63,572 bases of DNA from Desulfosarcina sp. Lineage in GTDB: Bacteria > Desulfobacterota > Desulfobacteria > Desulfobacterales > Desulfosarcinaceae. The stretch lies in contig JASFFF010000001.1 in NCBI GenBank assembly GCA_050124445.1, positions 1-63,572 on the forward strand. The letters are read 5' to 3'. A program made the translations under genes and the position numbers. Under the pieces are notes generated by a model. The model saw nothing but the letters and a program-made list of their open reading frames with translations, did not search any database and was not told the origin of the DNA. Below are positions 1-11,444 of this stretch, one piece after another; the stretch's first letter is position 1, and each line of letters starts with the position of its first letter.

Positions 1-529
1 GAAATCCGCCCGCATCGCCACCGATCGGGATCTGGCATCGGCACCGTTTCGACTGCTGGACACACCCGGCCATTCGCCCCATCATTATGCCATTGCCGCC
101 GGTGACTTTCTGTTTGCCGGCGAGGCAGGCGGCGTATGCCTGTCGTTGCCATCGGGAGCGCGCTATCTTCGTCCGGCCACACCGCCACGTTTTTTCATGC
201 AAACATCGTTGTCCAGCATCGATGGACTCATCGACGCCGGCGCCGAGACGATGTGCTACGGCCATCTGGGTATGCATGGCGATGGCAGGAACTTGCTTAA
301 GCGGCATCGCCAGCAATTGCATTTTTGGAAAGAGACTCTGTCTATGCAAGCAGTGGCGGGGAGGCAGACGTCGGACCTGGTTGCCAATCAATGGGTCGAT
401 ATGATGCTGGAAAAAGACACCAACCTGAAGGGTTTGAATCAATTCCCGCCCGAGGTCCAGGTGCGCGAACGCGGATTCTTATTGAACAGCATCAAAGGTT
501 TTATCGGCTATTTGGCGGGCGACCATTAA
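1..529 (+). CDS. MBL-fold metallo-hydrolase, 5' truncated by window edge
   Basis: Frame from nt 2 is open and reads ...LLDTPGHSPHHYA...LFAGEAGG...RPATPP...CYGH, typical metallo-beta-lactamase C-terminal motifs; stop at 527-529. Confidence 0.75.
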   Translation, partial: KSARIATDRDLASAPFRLLDTPGHSPHHYAIAAGDFLFAGEAGGVCLSLPSGARYLRPATPPRFFMQTSLSSIDGLIDAGAETMCYGHLGMHGDGRNLLKRHRQQLHFWKETLSMQAVAGRQTSDLVANQWVDMMLEKDTNLKGLNQFPPEVQVRERGFLLNSIKGFIGYLAGDH

Positions 530-561
530 TCCCAATGACATGCCAAGGCCAGACATCCGGG

Positions 562-1329
562 CTAGTTGAGGTCCTGGCTGATAATGCGAAGCCCTTCCAG
601 GGTAAGTGCAGACTCGACCTTTTCAATGCTGTAAGCCACATCGGCCATCAGCGATGCCAGCCCACCTGTGGCCAGCACCATTGGTACAGTCTCCATTTGG
701 GCCTTCATGCGCGCGACGATTCCATCTACCAAACCGGCATAGCCGAAAATGATACCGGATTTGATGCTGCCTGCCGTATCCTTGCCCACCACGTTTTCCG
801 GCCGCTCGAAGATTTCCACCCGCGGCAGCTTTGAGGCTTCCCTGAAAAGGGCCTCGGAGGCAATCATGATTCCCGGGCTGATGGCACCGCCCAGGTATTC
901 GCCCTTTTCCGACACCAGGTCGAAGGTCGTGGCCGTGCCGAAATCGATGATGATCAAACTTTGGCGATATTTATGATACGCGGCCACGGAGTTGACGATG
1001 CGGTCAGCACCCAACTCGGAGGGATTGTGAATTAAAATGGGCATTCGCGTAGACGAATGGGCATCCACCCACTGGGGGGCATGCCCCAAATATTTGCGGC
1101 AAAATGAATCCAGAATGGTGACCATGGGCGGGACGACACAGGAGATGATGGTTCGCTCGATGGCGGCGGCGTCAATATCCCCATTGGCAAACAAGCTGGT
1201 GACGATGACGTTGAACTCATCTTCGGTTGTTTTATGCTCCGTGCGGATCCGCCAATCCTTGAGCAGCGCCTTTTCTCGATAGATACCCATGACCGTGTTG
1301 GTGTTGCCCACATCGATGACAAGCAGCAT
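562..1329 (-). CDS. coaX: Type III pantothenate kinase
   Basis: IDVGNTNT, LGADR, DFGTATT, GGAISPG and ATGG motifs; 255 aa. Confidence 0.95.
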   Translation of the reverse strand: MLLVIDVGNTNTVMGIYREKALLKDWRIRTEHKTTEDEFNVIVTSLFANGDIDAAAIERTIISCVVPPMVTILDSFCRKYLGHAPQWVDAHSSTRMPILIHNPSELGADRIVNSVAAYHKYRQSLIIIDFGTATTFDLVSEKGEYLGGAISPGIMIASEALFREASKLPRVEIFERPENVVGKDTAGSIKSGIIFGYAGLVDGIVARMKAQMETVPMVLATGGLASLMADVAYSIEKVESALTLEGLRIISQDLN

Positions 1330-1343
1330 GATCGTTTCATCCC

Positions 1344-2276
1344 CTATCTTGGAATGGTTACGGAGAAGCGTTCAGGACTCACTTGGACCAGTTTGGTTTG
1401 AACCGGCAGGTTGATGGTCGCCGTGAGCCGATGGCTTCCCGCAGGCAGGCCCGTCAGGTCCACGGTAACAGCAAAGGCCGGGTCGGATTCGATGCCATTA
1501 ACGATGTTCTCCGGCCCGCTGACGGTCAAGGTAATGGTTTCAGGTCGGATTTGATGGCCCGCTGCGCTGCCCAAACCAGCTACGGGAACGTTTTCCAGGA
1601 CGCGTGTGATGATGCGTTCTTTTATATCCACTTGCGCAATCACAATGCGCAACGGTGGATCCACGGCAATCACTTCCGGCAAGCTCAGGGGGACCTCTTT
1701 TTTAAAGGGTTCGGCTGCTGCCTCCAGATCGATGGGTCGTGTTTTGACGGTGTCGATATCTGCGAGCATGGTCGCTCTGCCTCTCAGAGTAATCCGATTC
1801 GGCGTCAGCGATACGTCTACAACGGCAAACCCCGTTGCCGGATAACCAGCTAAAACGGCAATCACATCCACCGTCTTCACAGCTACCTGTTCCAGCTGGA
1901 TGGTCAGCGATGAGGTAAGCAGGCGCTTGAGGGTGATTTTTTTTGGCAGCGTGACATCCGACATCTCAATCGGGATGGTGTGGGTACCTTTACCCTTGCC
2001 GGTCAAGTCCAGACGGCAGGAGACAGCCAGGGGATCGATGGCATCCACGCTGGAAACGCTGCCGGCCACCACCACTTTGACCATTTGTCGCTGAGCGTCG
2101 ATCAGCAGCAAATTGTCGGCAAGGTTGCTGAAGGTTACGGGGACGGCAATTTCCATTTCCTGGTTTTCATTATTGGTCATCAGGACCAGGATGGCCACAC
2201 CCAAGAGCAGGGCGAATACCAGCCACCACATCCTGGCACCGGCGCGTTTTTTGTTTGAGGTCGAAGATGTCGTCAT
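1344..2276 (-). CDS. CdaR/YbbR-like membrane-anchored protein (about three YbbR repeats)
   Basis: ATG at 2276 just after the folP stop; N-terminal TM (WWLVFALLLGVAILVLM) then YbbR-type repeats (DLTG..GTH, P..ITL.G); the upstream part of the listed 465-aa ORF overlaps folP and is spurious. Confidence 0.8.
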   Translation of the reverse strand: MTTSSTSNKKRAGARMWWLVFALLLGVAILVLMTNNENQEMEIAVPVTFSNLADNLLLIDAQRQMVKVVVAGSVSSVDAIDPLAVSCRLDLTGKGKGTHTIPIEMSDVTLPKKITLKRLLTSSLTIQLEQVAVKTVDVIAVLAGYPATGFAVVDVSLTPNRITLRGRATMLADIDTVKTRPIDLEAAAEPFKKEVPLSLPEVIAVDPPLRIVIAQVDIKERIITRVLENVPVAGLGSAAGHQIRPETITLTVSGPENIVNGIESDPAFAVTVDLTGLPAGSHRLTATINLPVQTKLVQVSPERFSVTIPR

Positions 2277-2281
2277 AGGCG

Positions 2282-3160
2282 TCAGGCCGAATTGATGGCG
2301 TCGACGATGGTCAATGTGGCACGGGTGCGAGCCACGTCGTGAACCCGTACGATCTGGACGCCTTTCAGGGCAGCGGCGGCCACCGCTGCCTGGGTACCAC
2401 GGGCCACTTCCACCGAGAGGGGGTCCATGTCTTTTTTGGATGGGTTTTTGAGCAGCTGTCGAATGAACATTTTTCTTGAGGGGCCGATCAGCAGCGGGGC
2501 GTTCAGATGGTGAAACCGATCCATCTGCCGGATGATCTGAAGATTGTGCGCAATGGTTTTGCCAAAACCGATTCCCGGATCGAGAATGATGGCGGAGCGG
2601 TCCACGCCGGCGGCCGTTGCCCGATCCATGGCCTGGGATAAGAAATCGCCGATCTCGGTTATCAAATCGTCGTAAACCGGGTCGACCTGCATGGTCTTGG
2701 GCGAGCCCTTCATGTGCATGAGAATCAGGGGGACCCGACACGTTGCAGCCGTTGCAGCCATATGTGGATCCATACGCAATGCACTGACATCGTTAATAAT
2801 GGTCGCTCCGGCCGACACTGCCTGACGGGCTACCGAAGCCTTGGTTGTGTCGATGGACAGGGCAACCGTAACCGTGCTGCTCAGCGCTTCGATGACCGGC
2901 AGGACGCGATCCGATTCTTCCGCTGCACTCACCGGTTCAGAAAATGGGCGCGTGGACTCACCGCCGATGTCCAGTATGTCCGCTCCTTCTTCGACCAACC
3001 GCATGGCCTGATTCACGGCCCGTTCAGGTGAAAAGAAATGACCACCGTCCGAAAACGAGTCTGGGGTCACGTTGATGATGCCCATGATCAAAGTGCCTTG
3101 ATCCAGCCTTAGGGTCTTGGCACCACAGGCAATGGTGGTAGCCGGCATTGATGCGCTCAT
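2282..3160 (-). CDS. folP: Dihydropteroate synthase
   Basis: MGIINVTPDSFSDGG, DIGGESTRP, DPGIGFGK, SRK and RVHDV motifs; follows ftsH. Confidence 0.96.
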   Translation of the reverse strand: MSASMPATTIACGAKTLRLDQGTLIMGIINVTPDSFSDGGHFFSPERAVNQAMRLVEEGADILDIGGESTRPFSEPVSAAEESDRVLPVIEALSSTVTVALSIDTTKASVARQAVSAGATIINDVSALRMDPHMAATAATCRVPLILMHMKGSPKTMQVDPVYDDLITEIGDFLSQAMDRATAAGVDRSAIILDPGIGFGKTIAHNLQIIRQMDRFHHLNAPLLIGPSRKMFIRQLLKNPSKKDMDPLSVEVARGTQAAVAAAALKGVQIVRVHDVARTRATLTIVDAINSA

Positions 3161-3191
3161 GTGGTGTTGGATTTACTTGTCGGACGATCGC

Positions 3192-5144
3192 TTATTGTGG
3201 CTTCGCGTTTTCCCCGGTATCCGAATTGTTTGGCGTCTCATCGTGGGGCGGTTGAGGCTGGTCCGCCGCCGTCGTTTCGGCTGCATTCGGCATCGACTCG
3301 GTTTTGTCGTCCGCGTGGGCCTCCTTTTCACTGGGTTTTTCCGGCAGTTGAATGCCCGGCCGCACCTCGCGTATCATTGCGTCCAATTCTGCTCCCAAGA
3401 TGGTCTCTTTCTCCAAAAGCTGTTCAGCCAGCTTGTGCAGCACATCAAGATGGTCGGTTAACACGGACTTGGCCCGTTCATAGGCCCTTGTGACGAGAGC
3501 GTTGATTTCGGCGTCGATTTTTCTGGCCGTCTCTTCGGAATAGTCGCGATGCTGAGCAATTTCTCGTCCCAAGAACACCTGCTCTTCATTCTTGGCGAAA
3601 GAGAGCGGTCCTAGAGCTTCACTCATACCCCAGCTGCGAATCATCTGTTGGGCCAGTTCGGTGGCCTTTTTGATGTCGTTGGATGCACCGGTGCTGATGC
3701 GATCGAAAACAATTTCCTCGGCCACCCTGCCTCCGAAAGCGATGGCCAATTCTGCCTCGAGCTGATCTTTGTAGCGAAAGTCGCGTTCCTCAGGAAGAAA
3801 CCAGGTAACACCGGCAGCCCGACCTCGAGGGATGATAGTGATTTTGTTGACTGCATCGGTCCCGGGAATGAAACGGGCAACCAAGGCATGACCGCCTTCA
3901 TGGTAGGCAGTGGTCAAACGGTCCTCCTCTCTAATCACCTTGGATTTTCTCTCGAGACCCATGTAAACCTTGTCTTTGGAATCCTCGAAGTCAACCATGT
4001 CCAAACGCTCTTTGTCGCGCTTGGCCGCCAATAAAGCGGCTTCGTTGACAAGGTTCTCCAAATCGGCGCCGGAGAAACCGGGTGTTCCTTTGGCCAGCAC
4101 AACCGGATCCACGTCCGACGCGATGGGTGTGCGCTTCATGTGCACCCGAAGTATCTTTTCTCTGCCTTTGATGTCGGGCAGCGACACAACGACCTGACGA
4201 TCAAAGCGGCCCGGCCGCAGCAAGGCAGGGTCCAACACATCCGGACGGTTGGTGGCCGAGATGAGAATTACTCCCTCATTGGATTCAAACCCGTCCATTT
4301 CCACCAGCAATTGGTTTAAGGTCTGTTCGCGTTCATCGTGACCGCCGCCCAGGCCGGCACCGCGATGACGACCGACGGCATCGATTTCGTCAATAAAAAT
4401 GATACAGGGGGCATTCTTTTTGCCCTGCACGAAAAGATCCCTGACCCGCGACGCCCCCACGCCAACAAACATCTCGACAAAATCAGATCCGCTGATACTA
4501 AAAAAAGGCACGCCTGCTTCGCCGGCAATGGCTCGGGCGAGTAATGTCTTGCCGGTACCCGGGGGGCCCATAAGCAGAACGCCCTTGGGGATACGTCCTC
4601 CCAAACGGGTGAATTTTTTAGGATCTCGCAAAAAATCAACAATTTCACCCAACTCTTCCTTGGCCTCATCGATACCAGCCACATCTTCGAAGGTGACCTT
4701 TTCCTGCTGGTCTGAGAGCAGACGGGCCCGGCTTTTCCCGAAGGACATGGCTTTGCCGCCACCACTTTGCATCTGACGCATGAAAAAGATCCACACCCCG
4801 ATGAGGACGATCATGGGAAACCAGGAGACCAGTACCGACATGTACCACGGCGACTCCGCCGGGGGCTTGGCATGAATGGTGATGCCTTTGTCCTTAAGAC
4901 GTTGAATCAATGCGGGGTCATTGGGGGCATAGATCTTGAACTGGCTGCGGTTGAGGTCTGTCACCCGTATTTCCTGACCCTGAATGGAAACCTCGGCTAC
5001 CCGATCGGCTTCGACCATGGCCAGAAATTCCGAGTAGCTGATGTCATTTTGGGCAAGTTGCTGTTGATTGAACAGATTGTATAGCATGACCATCATCAAG
5101 GTGATGACTAGCCACAGGGCCAGGTTTTTGTAGAATGGATTCAA
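3192..5144 (-). CDS. ftsH: ATP-dependent zinc metalloprotease FtsH
   Basis: Two TMs, [18 protein letters not shown] (LLRPGRFDR), HEGGH zinc site; TTG start at 5144 behind a GGGAGG RBS. Confidence 0.97.
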   Translation of the reverse strand: MNPFYKNLALWLVITLMMVMLYNLFNQQQLAQNDISYSEFLAMVEADRVAEVSIQGQEIRVTDLNRSQFKIYAPNDPALIQRLKDKGITIHAKPPAESPWYMSVLVSWFPMIVLIGVWIFFMRQMQSGGGKAMSFGKSRARLLSDQQEKVTFEDVAGIDEAKEELGEIVDFLRDPKKFTRLGGRIPKGVLLMGPPGTGKTLLARAIAGEAGVPFFSISGSDFVEMFVGVGASRVRDLFVQGKKNAPCIIFIDEIDAVGRHRGAGLGGGHDEREQTLNQLLVEMDGFESNEGVILISATNRPDVLDPALLRPGRFDRQVVVSLPDIKGREKILRVHMKRTPIASDVDPVVLAKGTPGFSGADLENLVNEAALLAAKRDKERLDMVDFEDSKDKVYMGLERKSKVIREEDRLTTAYHEGGHALVARFIPGTDAVNKITIIPRGRAAGVTWFLPEERDFRYKDQLEAELAIAFGGRVAEEIVFDRISTGASNDIKKATELAQQMIRSWGMSEALGPLSFAKNEEQVFLGREIAQHRDYSEETARKIDAEINALVTRAYERAKSVLTDHLDVLHKLAEQLLEKETILGAELDAMIREVRPGIQLPEKPSEKEAHADDKTESMPNAAETTAADQPQPPHDETPNNSDTGENAKPQ

Positions 5145-5218
5145 AAGTGATTTCCTCCCCAAACGATTTCAATTTGTGTGAGCGGTTATCGGCTTTTATA
5201 TTAGGTTCATATTAACCA

Positions 5219-6691
5219 TCATCGTGTGTCAAGCAAGAAAAATTCAACGCCGAGAATCTGCGATGTCTCCGATGTCACCTTCACCCGATCATCGATGCGT
5301 TGGCCGATTAGCCAGACAATGCCCCTGGAGTCCGCCAGCACCGGTATGCGAGGCCGGTCCTGCCGGGGAATTTTCTGGTCGATGAAGAATTTCTTTAGCT
5401 TTTGGGAGCCGGGGCTGCCCAGGGGCGTGAATCGATCACCGCGCACCGCGGACCTGACGGTAAGGGGCGGCGTGATGCGCTCTAGGTCAAAATAGGCCCA
5501 GTTTCGGTCTGCCTTGGCCCATCGAGGCAAATCGCGGGCCCTGCACGGGGAGAAGCGAAGACCGAATCCCATGGATTCAACTGCAATTTCGGCAGGAAAC
5601 AGTTTGTCGACCCGAGCATATATCGTGGCATGAAGCTGAATGGATGCGTCGTCAATGCGTCGGCTTCTGCCACCGACAAGAAGGAGTATCAGTTGCTTGC
5701 CGCTTCGCACAACGCGGATGCCGCCGGGCAGGTGACACGCCTTCTCGCCACCATTGCCTGTCAGCAGTCGACATACCGCTTGGATGTGCTCATAGCCAAT
5801 GCGCTGCAATGTGCCCGTCAGATTGCGCAGGGCCATTCGAACCAAGCGCCGGGCCAAGGCCGGGTGGCTCTGGCGCAACCGGTCAAGCGACAGCGTGATT
5901 CGACCGTGCTCTCGATCCATGAGCATTTTTTCATATTGCTTTGCCACCACGCCCTCGAGCCAGGTCTCCTCCATGCGCATCACGCAGGCCAGTTGGTTCA
6001 GGTGTTCTTTGATGCGTGGGTTGTATGATGCGGCCAACATGGGCAGCAATTGTTTACGGATGCGGTTGCGCATGAAACGGGTGTCCTCATTGGATGCATC
6101 CGACACACAGGTGATACCTTCGCTTTGAACATAGGCCTCGATCTGGGATCGACTGACATTGATCAACGGGCGAATAATCCGTCTATCGCGAACCGGAGCG
6201 ATTCCCGCCAGCCCGCGTGGGCCGGTTCCCCGCGCCAGGGCCATTAGGATCTGTTCGGCGTTGTCATCCATATGGTGGCCCAAGGCCAGCTTTTGGTAAT
6301 CCTGGTCAGCCATGACTTTCTTGAAGAATGCGTAGCGCACCCGCCGGGCGGCCATCTCCACGGAGAGTCCCAGATGACGCTTCACTTTGAAGACATTGGC
6401 CCGGCCCATGTGGCAGGGACGGGCCAGGGTGGTGGCCGCCTGTTGAACCAGATCTGCATCCTTTTGTGCAGAGGCACCACGCAGACAATGGTTCAAGTGG
6501 GCCACGCCCACGTTGATTTTCAGTTTGGGCGCCATCCGGTCGAGCAGGTGGAGCAGGGCCATGGAATCCGGGCCGCCGGACACCCCAACCAGCACCCGGT
6601 CTCCCGGGACCAGCATGCTGTGGGCTGCCAACGTCTGCTCCACTGTCGCTTGAAGCGTTTTCGGATCAGATGGTGTTGAGAATGGTGGCAT
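5219..6691 (-). CDS. tilS: tRNA(Ile)-lysidine synthetase
   Basis: VSGGPDS PP-loop, HLNH, R..RY, GHH.DD..E, RN..R motifs and TilS C-terminal domain; upstream of ftsH. Confidence 0.95.
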   Translation of the reverse strand: MPPFSTPSDPKTLQATVEQTLAAHSMLVPGDRVLVGVSGGPDSMALLHLLDRMAPKLKINVGVAHLNHCLRGASAQKDADLVQQAATTLARPCHMGRANVFKVKRHLGLSVEMAARRVRYAFFKKVMADQDYQKLALGHHMDDNAEQILMALARGTGPRGLAGIAPVRDRRIIRPLINVSRSQIEAYVQSEGITCVSDASNEDTRFMRNRIRKQLLPMLAASYNPRIKEHLNQLACVMRMEETWLEGVVAKQYEKMLMDREHGRITLSLDRLRQSHPALARRLVRMALRNLTGTLQRIGYEHIQAVCRLLTGNGGEKACHLPGGIRVVRSGKQLILLLVGGRSRRIDDASIQLHATIYARVDKLFPAEIAVESMGFGLRFSPCRARDLPRWAKADRNWAYFDLERITPPLTVRSAVRGDRFTPLGSPGSQKLKKFFIDQKIPRQDRPRIPVLADSRGIVWLIGQRIDDRVKVTSETSQILGVEFFLLDTR

Positions 6692-7055
6692 GGATCAGTT
6701 CGGCATTTTTCCGATCCCAGTAGCCGACATAACCGCTTCGAATGGCCACTTCGGTCATGTCATAGCGAATGGTTCGAATTTTCACCGTCACCGGTGATCC
6801 ATCGCTCTGGTGCCCTTTGATGGTGGCTTGACTGTTTTCCTGGGTTTGTTCGTCGACGGTTATTTTAAGGTATGCCAGACTTTCCAGTGATGCACGTTTG
6901 GTGCGTTCAAAGTCGTTGGCATAGGAGCGGATCAACTCTCCCTTGACCCACGTATACACGCCGGCACCGGCACCGGCGCCGACGACGACGGCGGCGCACC
7001 CGGCTGCGAAAAGCAACGTCACCAGCAAGACGATCGTATTCACGGCTCGCACCAT
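6666..7055 (-). CDS. DUF3568-like lipoprotein
   Basis: GGAGG RBS and ATG at 7055; lipobox FAAGC followed by Gly/Ala-rich GAGAGAG and Y..GEL, as in DUF3568. Confidence 0.65.
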   Translation of the reverse strand: MVRAVNTIVLLVTLLFAAGCAAVVVGAGAGAGVYTWVKGELIRSYANDFERTKRASLESLAYLKITVDEQTQENSQATIKGHQSDGSPVTVKIRTIRYDMTEVAIRSGYVGYWDRKNAELIHATILNTI

Positions 7056-7208
7056 TATGATTCCTCCGACGGTGTTAATTGATCTGTTTAATTTGGCTGC
7101 GACCCTCGATCTATCGCATGCTGGCACGGTGACCGTCAAGCCGATGAATGGTAAAAGATGTTCACTTATCTCTTGAAATATGCGTTTGGATCATACTATA
7201 GGAGGCCC

Positions 7209-7457
7209 GGTTGTGCTAGGCGGGGAGCCAGCGGTGCCCTACACCCGAAATCCGCTTCATGCGGGGCTGAATTCCCCCTTTAGGATTTATGCCGAGAAAA
7301 TCAGGTCATTTTGACCGGCCGCCGCGCAACAGACGGTCTCGAACCTCGTCAGGTCCGGAAGGAAGCAGCGATAAGGGATGCGGTTTGTGTCGTGGATCGA
7401 TCCCGGTCACACCGTGGCGCTGATTTTTCGGATCGGTTCGACGGGGGGTGCACAACC
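7209..7457 (+). ncRNA. ffs: Signal recognition particle RNA, large (Alu-domain) bacterial form
   Basis: Domain IV signature TCAGGTCCGGAAGGAAGCAGC near 7349-7369; 5' GTGCTAGGCGGGGAGCCAGCGGTGCCCT matches the Bacillus-type Alu domain; ends GGTTGTGC / GCACAACC pair. Confidence 0.92.
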
Positions 7458-7751
7458 ACCCTGCCCGGCAGAAATAGGCCCAACCTGCAACTGCAATCGA
7501 TCCCACAGCCTCAGCCGGTGACCAGCCGCGCCGCTTGCCTCAGGTATGATTGCTATTGTTACCAACATCTTTCAATCGATCCGCTCCAGCCGCCCCCGCC
7601 TATGTGTTGGTTGGATGCCTGTCAAGGAACCCACCTATCAAATGATCCGGTCGAACCCAGCTTAGGCGGTAATTCGCGGTGCCTGTAATGACGCTTCAAC
7701 CTTTTAGATTTACATATAAAAATTAATATTCGAGGAAGGGTGTGCCAGTCC

Positions 7752-7779
7752 TTGACAAGCCTCTATCTGGTCTTATTTT
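7752..7779 (+). promoter_or_regulatory. Putative promoter of grpE-dnaK
   Basis: TTGACA (7752-7757), 16 nt spacer, TATTTT in an AT-rich stretch about 120 nt before grpE. Confidence 0.4.
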
Positions 7780-7900
7780 TTGTCAACTTTACGGACCCGT
7801 ACGGTTTCAATAGCTTAAATTTAAAACGATTTTGATCGATCGGGTGCCCGCCACACGTAAAGATGAGAAATTCCAGTGATACCAGGAGAGACAGGAGCTG

Positions 7901-8533
7901 ATGGCACAAAAGAAGAAAATTGTGATTGAGGAAGACAGCCAAAAAGATGGGCAAGAGCGTCCCTCTTCGGTTTCGCAGGCAGATGATGTACCTGAGGCGC
8001 CGGCTGAAGAAACCGACCCCCTGAAGGTGCTCGAGGACAAACTGGCCGCCGCACAGGCCGAGGCCAGTGACTATCACGACCGCATGCTCAGGATGGCTGC
8101 CGAACTGGACAACTACAAAAAGCGGGCCGCCCGTGATTTGGAAGATACCCGCAAATACGCCACCGAAAACCTGATCCGGCAACTGTTGACCGTGGTTGAC
8201 AATTTAGAGCGGGCCATTGCCTCGGCTACCGTGGACAATCAGAATGATCAGGGAGTGATTGACGGTGTTGCCCTGACACTTAACGAAATCAATAAGATTT
8301 TAGAGAAGCACCATGTCAGCGCTATTCAGGCACTGGGTGAACCCTTCGATCCAGCCTTCCACCAGGCCATGTGTCAGGAGGAGAGCACGGACCAACCCCC
8401 CAACACGGTGGTTCAGGAATTTCAAAAAGGATATTTAATGCATAACCGGCTGCTTCGTCCGGCCATGGTGGTGGTTTCAAAAACTGCCCAAAACGGACAG
8501 CCGGAAGAAAAATCGGTTGATACCAACGCATAG
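7901..8533 (+). CDS. grpE: Nucleotide exchange factor GrpE
   Basis: R..AE..NYKKR, VDNLERA, FDP.FHQA, KGY...[10 protein letters not shown]. Confidence 0.96.
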   Translation: MAQKKKIVIEEDSQKDGQERPSSVSQADDVPEAPAEETDPLKVLEDKLAAAQAEASDYHDRMLRMAAELDNYKKRAARDLEDTRKYATENLIRQLLTVVDNLERAIASATVDNQNDQGVIDGVALTLNEINKILEKHHVSAIQALGEPFDPAFHQAMCQEESTDQPPNTVVQEFQKGYLMHNRLLRPAMVVVSKTAQNGQPEEKSVDTNA

Positions 8534-8577
8534 CCATTTATATCTCTAAGATCGTCGAAGGTAAGGAGGAACATCAC

Positions 8578-10509
8578 ATGGGCAAGATTATTGGAATTGA
8601 TCTCGGGACCACCAACTCCTGTGTAGCCATTATGGAAAGCGGCGACGCCACAGTGATTACCAACCCCGAAGGTGGGCGAACCACGCCGTCTATCGTGGCT
8701 GTCAGCGAAAGTGGTGAACGGATGGTGGGGCAGATCGCCAAACGGCAGGCCATAACCAACCCGGAAAACACCGTGTTTGCCGTCAAGCGGCTGATTGGCC
8801 GAAAATACGCCTCTCCCGAAGTACAAGCTGACATCAAGATCCTCCCCTACCAGATTAAAGAGGCGGAAAACGGTGATGTACGCATTGATCTGAGGGGCAA
8901 GCTGCACAGTCCGGCTGAGATCTCTTCGTTTATTCTGGCACATATCAAAAAATATGCTGAAGATTACCTGGGAGAATCGTTGACCGACGCGGTGATTACC
9001 GTACCGGCCTACTTTAACGACAGCCAGCGGCAGGCCACCAAGGATGCCGGTAAAATTGCCGGCCTGAATGTGCTGCGCATTATTAACGAACCCACGGCGG
9101 CTTCACTGGCGTATGGGCTCGACAAGCGCAGCGAGGAAAAGATTGCCGTCTTCGACCTGGGTGGCGGTACGTTCGACATTTCCATTTTGGAGATTGGCGA
9201 AGGGGTATTTGAAGTCAAGGCAACCAATGGCGATACCCACTTGGGTGGAGAGGACTTTGACCTGCGGCTGATCGATTTTTTGGCTGACGAATTCAAAAAG
9301 GATCAGGGCATTGACCTGAGAAACGACAAAATGGCCCTGCAGCGCCTCAAAGAGGCGGCAGAAAAAGCCAAAATGGAGCTTTCATCCTCCATGGAGACCG
9401 ATGTAAACCTGCCCTTTATCACCGCCGACGCCAGCGGTCCCAAGCATTTGAATGTGAGGATTACGCGAGCCAAATTGGAAGGCATGGTCGCCGATCTGCT
9501 GGATAAGCTGGAATCTCCGTGCCGGACAGCACTGAAAGATGCCGGCTTGTCGAGCGGAGAAATCAACGAGGTGATCCTTGTGGGTGGCATGACCCGTATG
9601 CCGGCTGTTCAACAACGCGTAAAACAGATATTCGACAAGGATCCGCACAAGGGCGTCAACCCCGACGAAGTGGTGGCCCTTGGTGCGGGTATCCAGGGCG
9701 GCGTCCTCAAGGGCGATGTCAAGGATGTTCTGCTATTGGACGTGACCCCGCTTTCGCTGGGTATCGAGACATTGGGTGGGGTCATGACCCGATTGATCGA
9801 TAAAAATACGACCATTCCAACGCGTAAGAGTCAGGTCTTCTCCACTGCAGCAGATAACCAGCCGGCAGTATCCATCCATGTACTTCAGGGTGAACGTGAA
9901 ATGGCTGCCAGCAACAAGACCCTGGGACGTTTTGAACTCGTGGGTATACCGCCAGCTCCCCGCGGCGTTCCGCAGATCGAAGTGACGTTCGACATCGACG
10001 CCAACGGCATCGTCAATGTTTCCGCCAAGGATATGGCTACAGGCAAGGAGCAGTCTATTCAAATTACCGCCTCCAGCGGCCTTTCCAAGGAAGAGATCGA
10101 CAAGTTGGTAAAAGATGCCGAATTGCATGCCGATGAGGACAAGAAGAAGAGGGAACTGGTCGAAGCCCGAAATCACGCTGACACCTTGATTTATACCACC
10201 GAAAAATCATTGAAAGATCTTGGAGACAAGGTGGATGCCGAAACTCGCGGCAATATCGAATCGGCCTCCGCAGATCTGAAAAAGGCCATGGAGGGCGATG
10301 ATGTTGCCGAGATTCAGCGCCTGAGCGAAGCGCTCACCCAGGCATCGCACAAGGTGGCCGAGGCCATGTACAAACAAGCTTCCGAGGCGGGTGCCGCCGG
10401 TGCCGGTGGACCGGACCCTGAGGCCGGTGCAGATGCAGGTGCCGCCAGTGCGGACGACGATGTGGTGGATGCTGATTTCGAAGAGGTGAAAGAAAAAGAT
10501 AAACAATAA
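8578..10509 (+). CDS. dnaK: Chaperone DnaK (Hsp70)
   Basis: [34 protein letters not shown]-terminal DADFEEV. Confidence 0.99.
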   Translation: MGKIIGIDLGTTNSCVAIMESGDATVITNPEGGRTTPSIVAVSESGERMVGQIAKRQAITNPENTVFAVKRLIGRKYASPEVQADIKILPYQIKEAENGDVRIDLRGKLHSPAEISSFILAHIKKYAEDYLGESLTDAVITVPAYFNDSQRQATKDAGKIAGLNVLRIINEPTAASLAYGLDKRSEEKIAVFDLGGGTFDISILEIGEGVFEVKATNGDTHLGGEDFDLRLIDFLADEFKKDQGIDLRNDKMALQRLKEAAEKAKMELSSSMETDVNLPFITADASGPKHLNVRITRAKLEGMVADLLDKLESPCRTALKDAGLSSGEINEVILVGGMTRMPAVQQRVKQIFDKDPHKGVNPDEVVALGAGIQGGVLKGDVKDVLLLDVTPLSLGIETLGGVMTRLIDKNTTIPTRKSQVFSTAADNQPAVSIHVLQGEREMAASNKTLGRFELVGIPPAPRGVPQIEVTFDIDANGIVNVSAKDMATGKEQSIQITASSGLSKEEIDKLVKDAELHADEDKKKRELVEARNHADTLIYTTEKSLKDLGDKVDAETRGNIESASADLKKAMEGDDVAEIQRLSEALTQASHKVAEAMYKQASEAGAAGAGGPDPEAGADAGAASADDDVVDADFEEVKEKDKQ

Positions 10510-10555
10510 GCCGTCGGTTTGGGAAAACGGCTCACATCTAGCTTTCTAGATACGA

Positions 10556-10584
10556 GAACCCGCGTCCTAACGGATGCGGGTTTT
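10556..10584 (+). terminator. Rho-independent terminator after dnaK
   Basis: GAACCCGCGTCC-TAAC-GGATGCGGGTTTT hairpin. Confidence 0.7.
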
Positions 10585-10806
10585 CAATTGGTGACCGGTG
10601 TCCTGTCCACTGCAGACTGCTGTCAGAAATTATTTGTCGCCAGCGCTGGGTTTCTATAAACTGATACCCGACCCACCGAGATCCCAACTGAGCATGGCCC
10701 GCTTTTTCGAATGATCGATGGTGGCCATTGAACGTAATCGTTTCGCATTCGTTCCCTTTAAAAGGGGAAACGCTCAGTTCGGGTCATTGCAACAGCGAGG
10801 CGGTCA

Positions 10807-11195
10807 TGATCGTTTACGACGGGGAATACATGCTGGAACGCAAGGAGGATCCAGGCAAAAGCCCGACACATGCCTGTGCCTGGCGGGTGAAAATCATCAA
10901 TTTATCATCCGGCAAGGCCGTTTTTCCCCACATCCGGCCTTACGCGGTGCTTGCTTTTCGTAAAGAAGGGGGGATTTTCAAGACCAGCTGCGCTGAAAGC
11001 CTGGGAAAACGGATCTGCCGAGATTTTGACTTGAAGGTGGCGGATCTGTTGTGGATAGAAGCGTTTCCCGACCTTCCCAAAGCGCTCTACGTTGCCGTTT
11101 TTACGCCCAGATACAACGATTTTGATATGCACTACCACGTCAACTGGCGACCCATTTTGGAAAACGAGCGGGCCGCTGTGGAGCCCTGGTGCTGA
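10807..11195 (+). CDS. Hypothetical protein
   Basis: Protein-like ORF in an intergenic gap; ATG at 10807 after GAGG (longer TTG start at 10728 possible). Confidence 0.6.
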
Positions 11196-11444
11196 TCGCA
11201 CCAGAGATCAATCACCAGGTTATAAAATATGGGTTGAATGTTGCATCGGTTTTCACTAAAATGCGCCTCCAACAAAGAGGCTGTCGGCCGCTTGCCTTTT
11301 CTCGTCCATCGCCCCTTCGGGACCATCATTGCTGAAAAGTGTTTTGTTTATTGGCCAACGGCCAGGGACCTGCCGATGGGTATCACTTGGGTGCGTGCTT
11401 ACAGGTAAAGTGATCTATCAACCATCATAGGAAGGATGTTTCTC

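Noticed and set aside
2277-2741. N-terminal 155 aa of the 465-aa ORF as a possible cdaA remnant
   Set aside because: Alternative frame inside folP; no DGA or RHR diadenylate cyclase motifs
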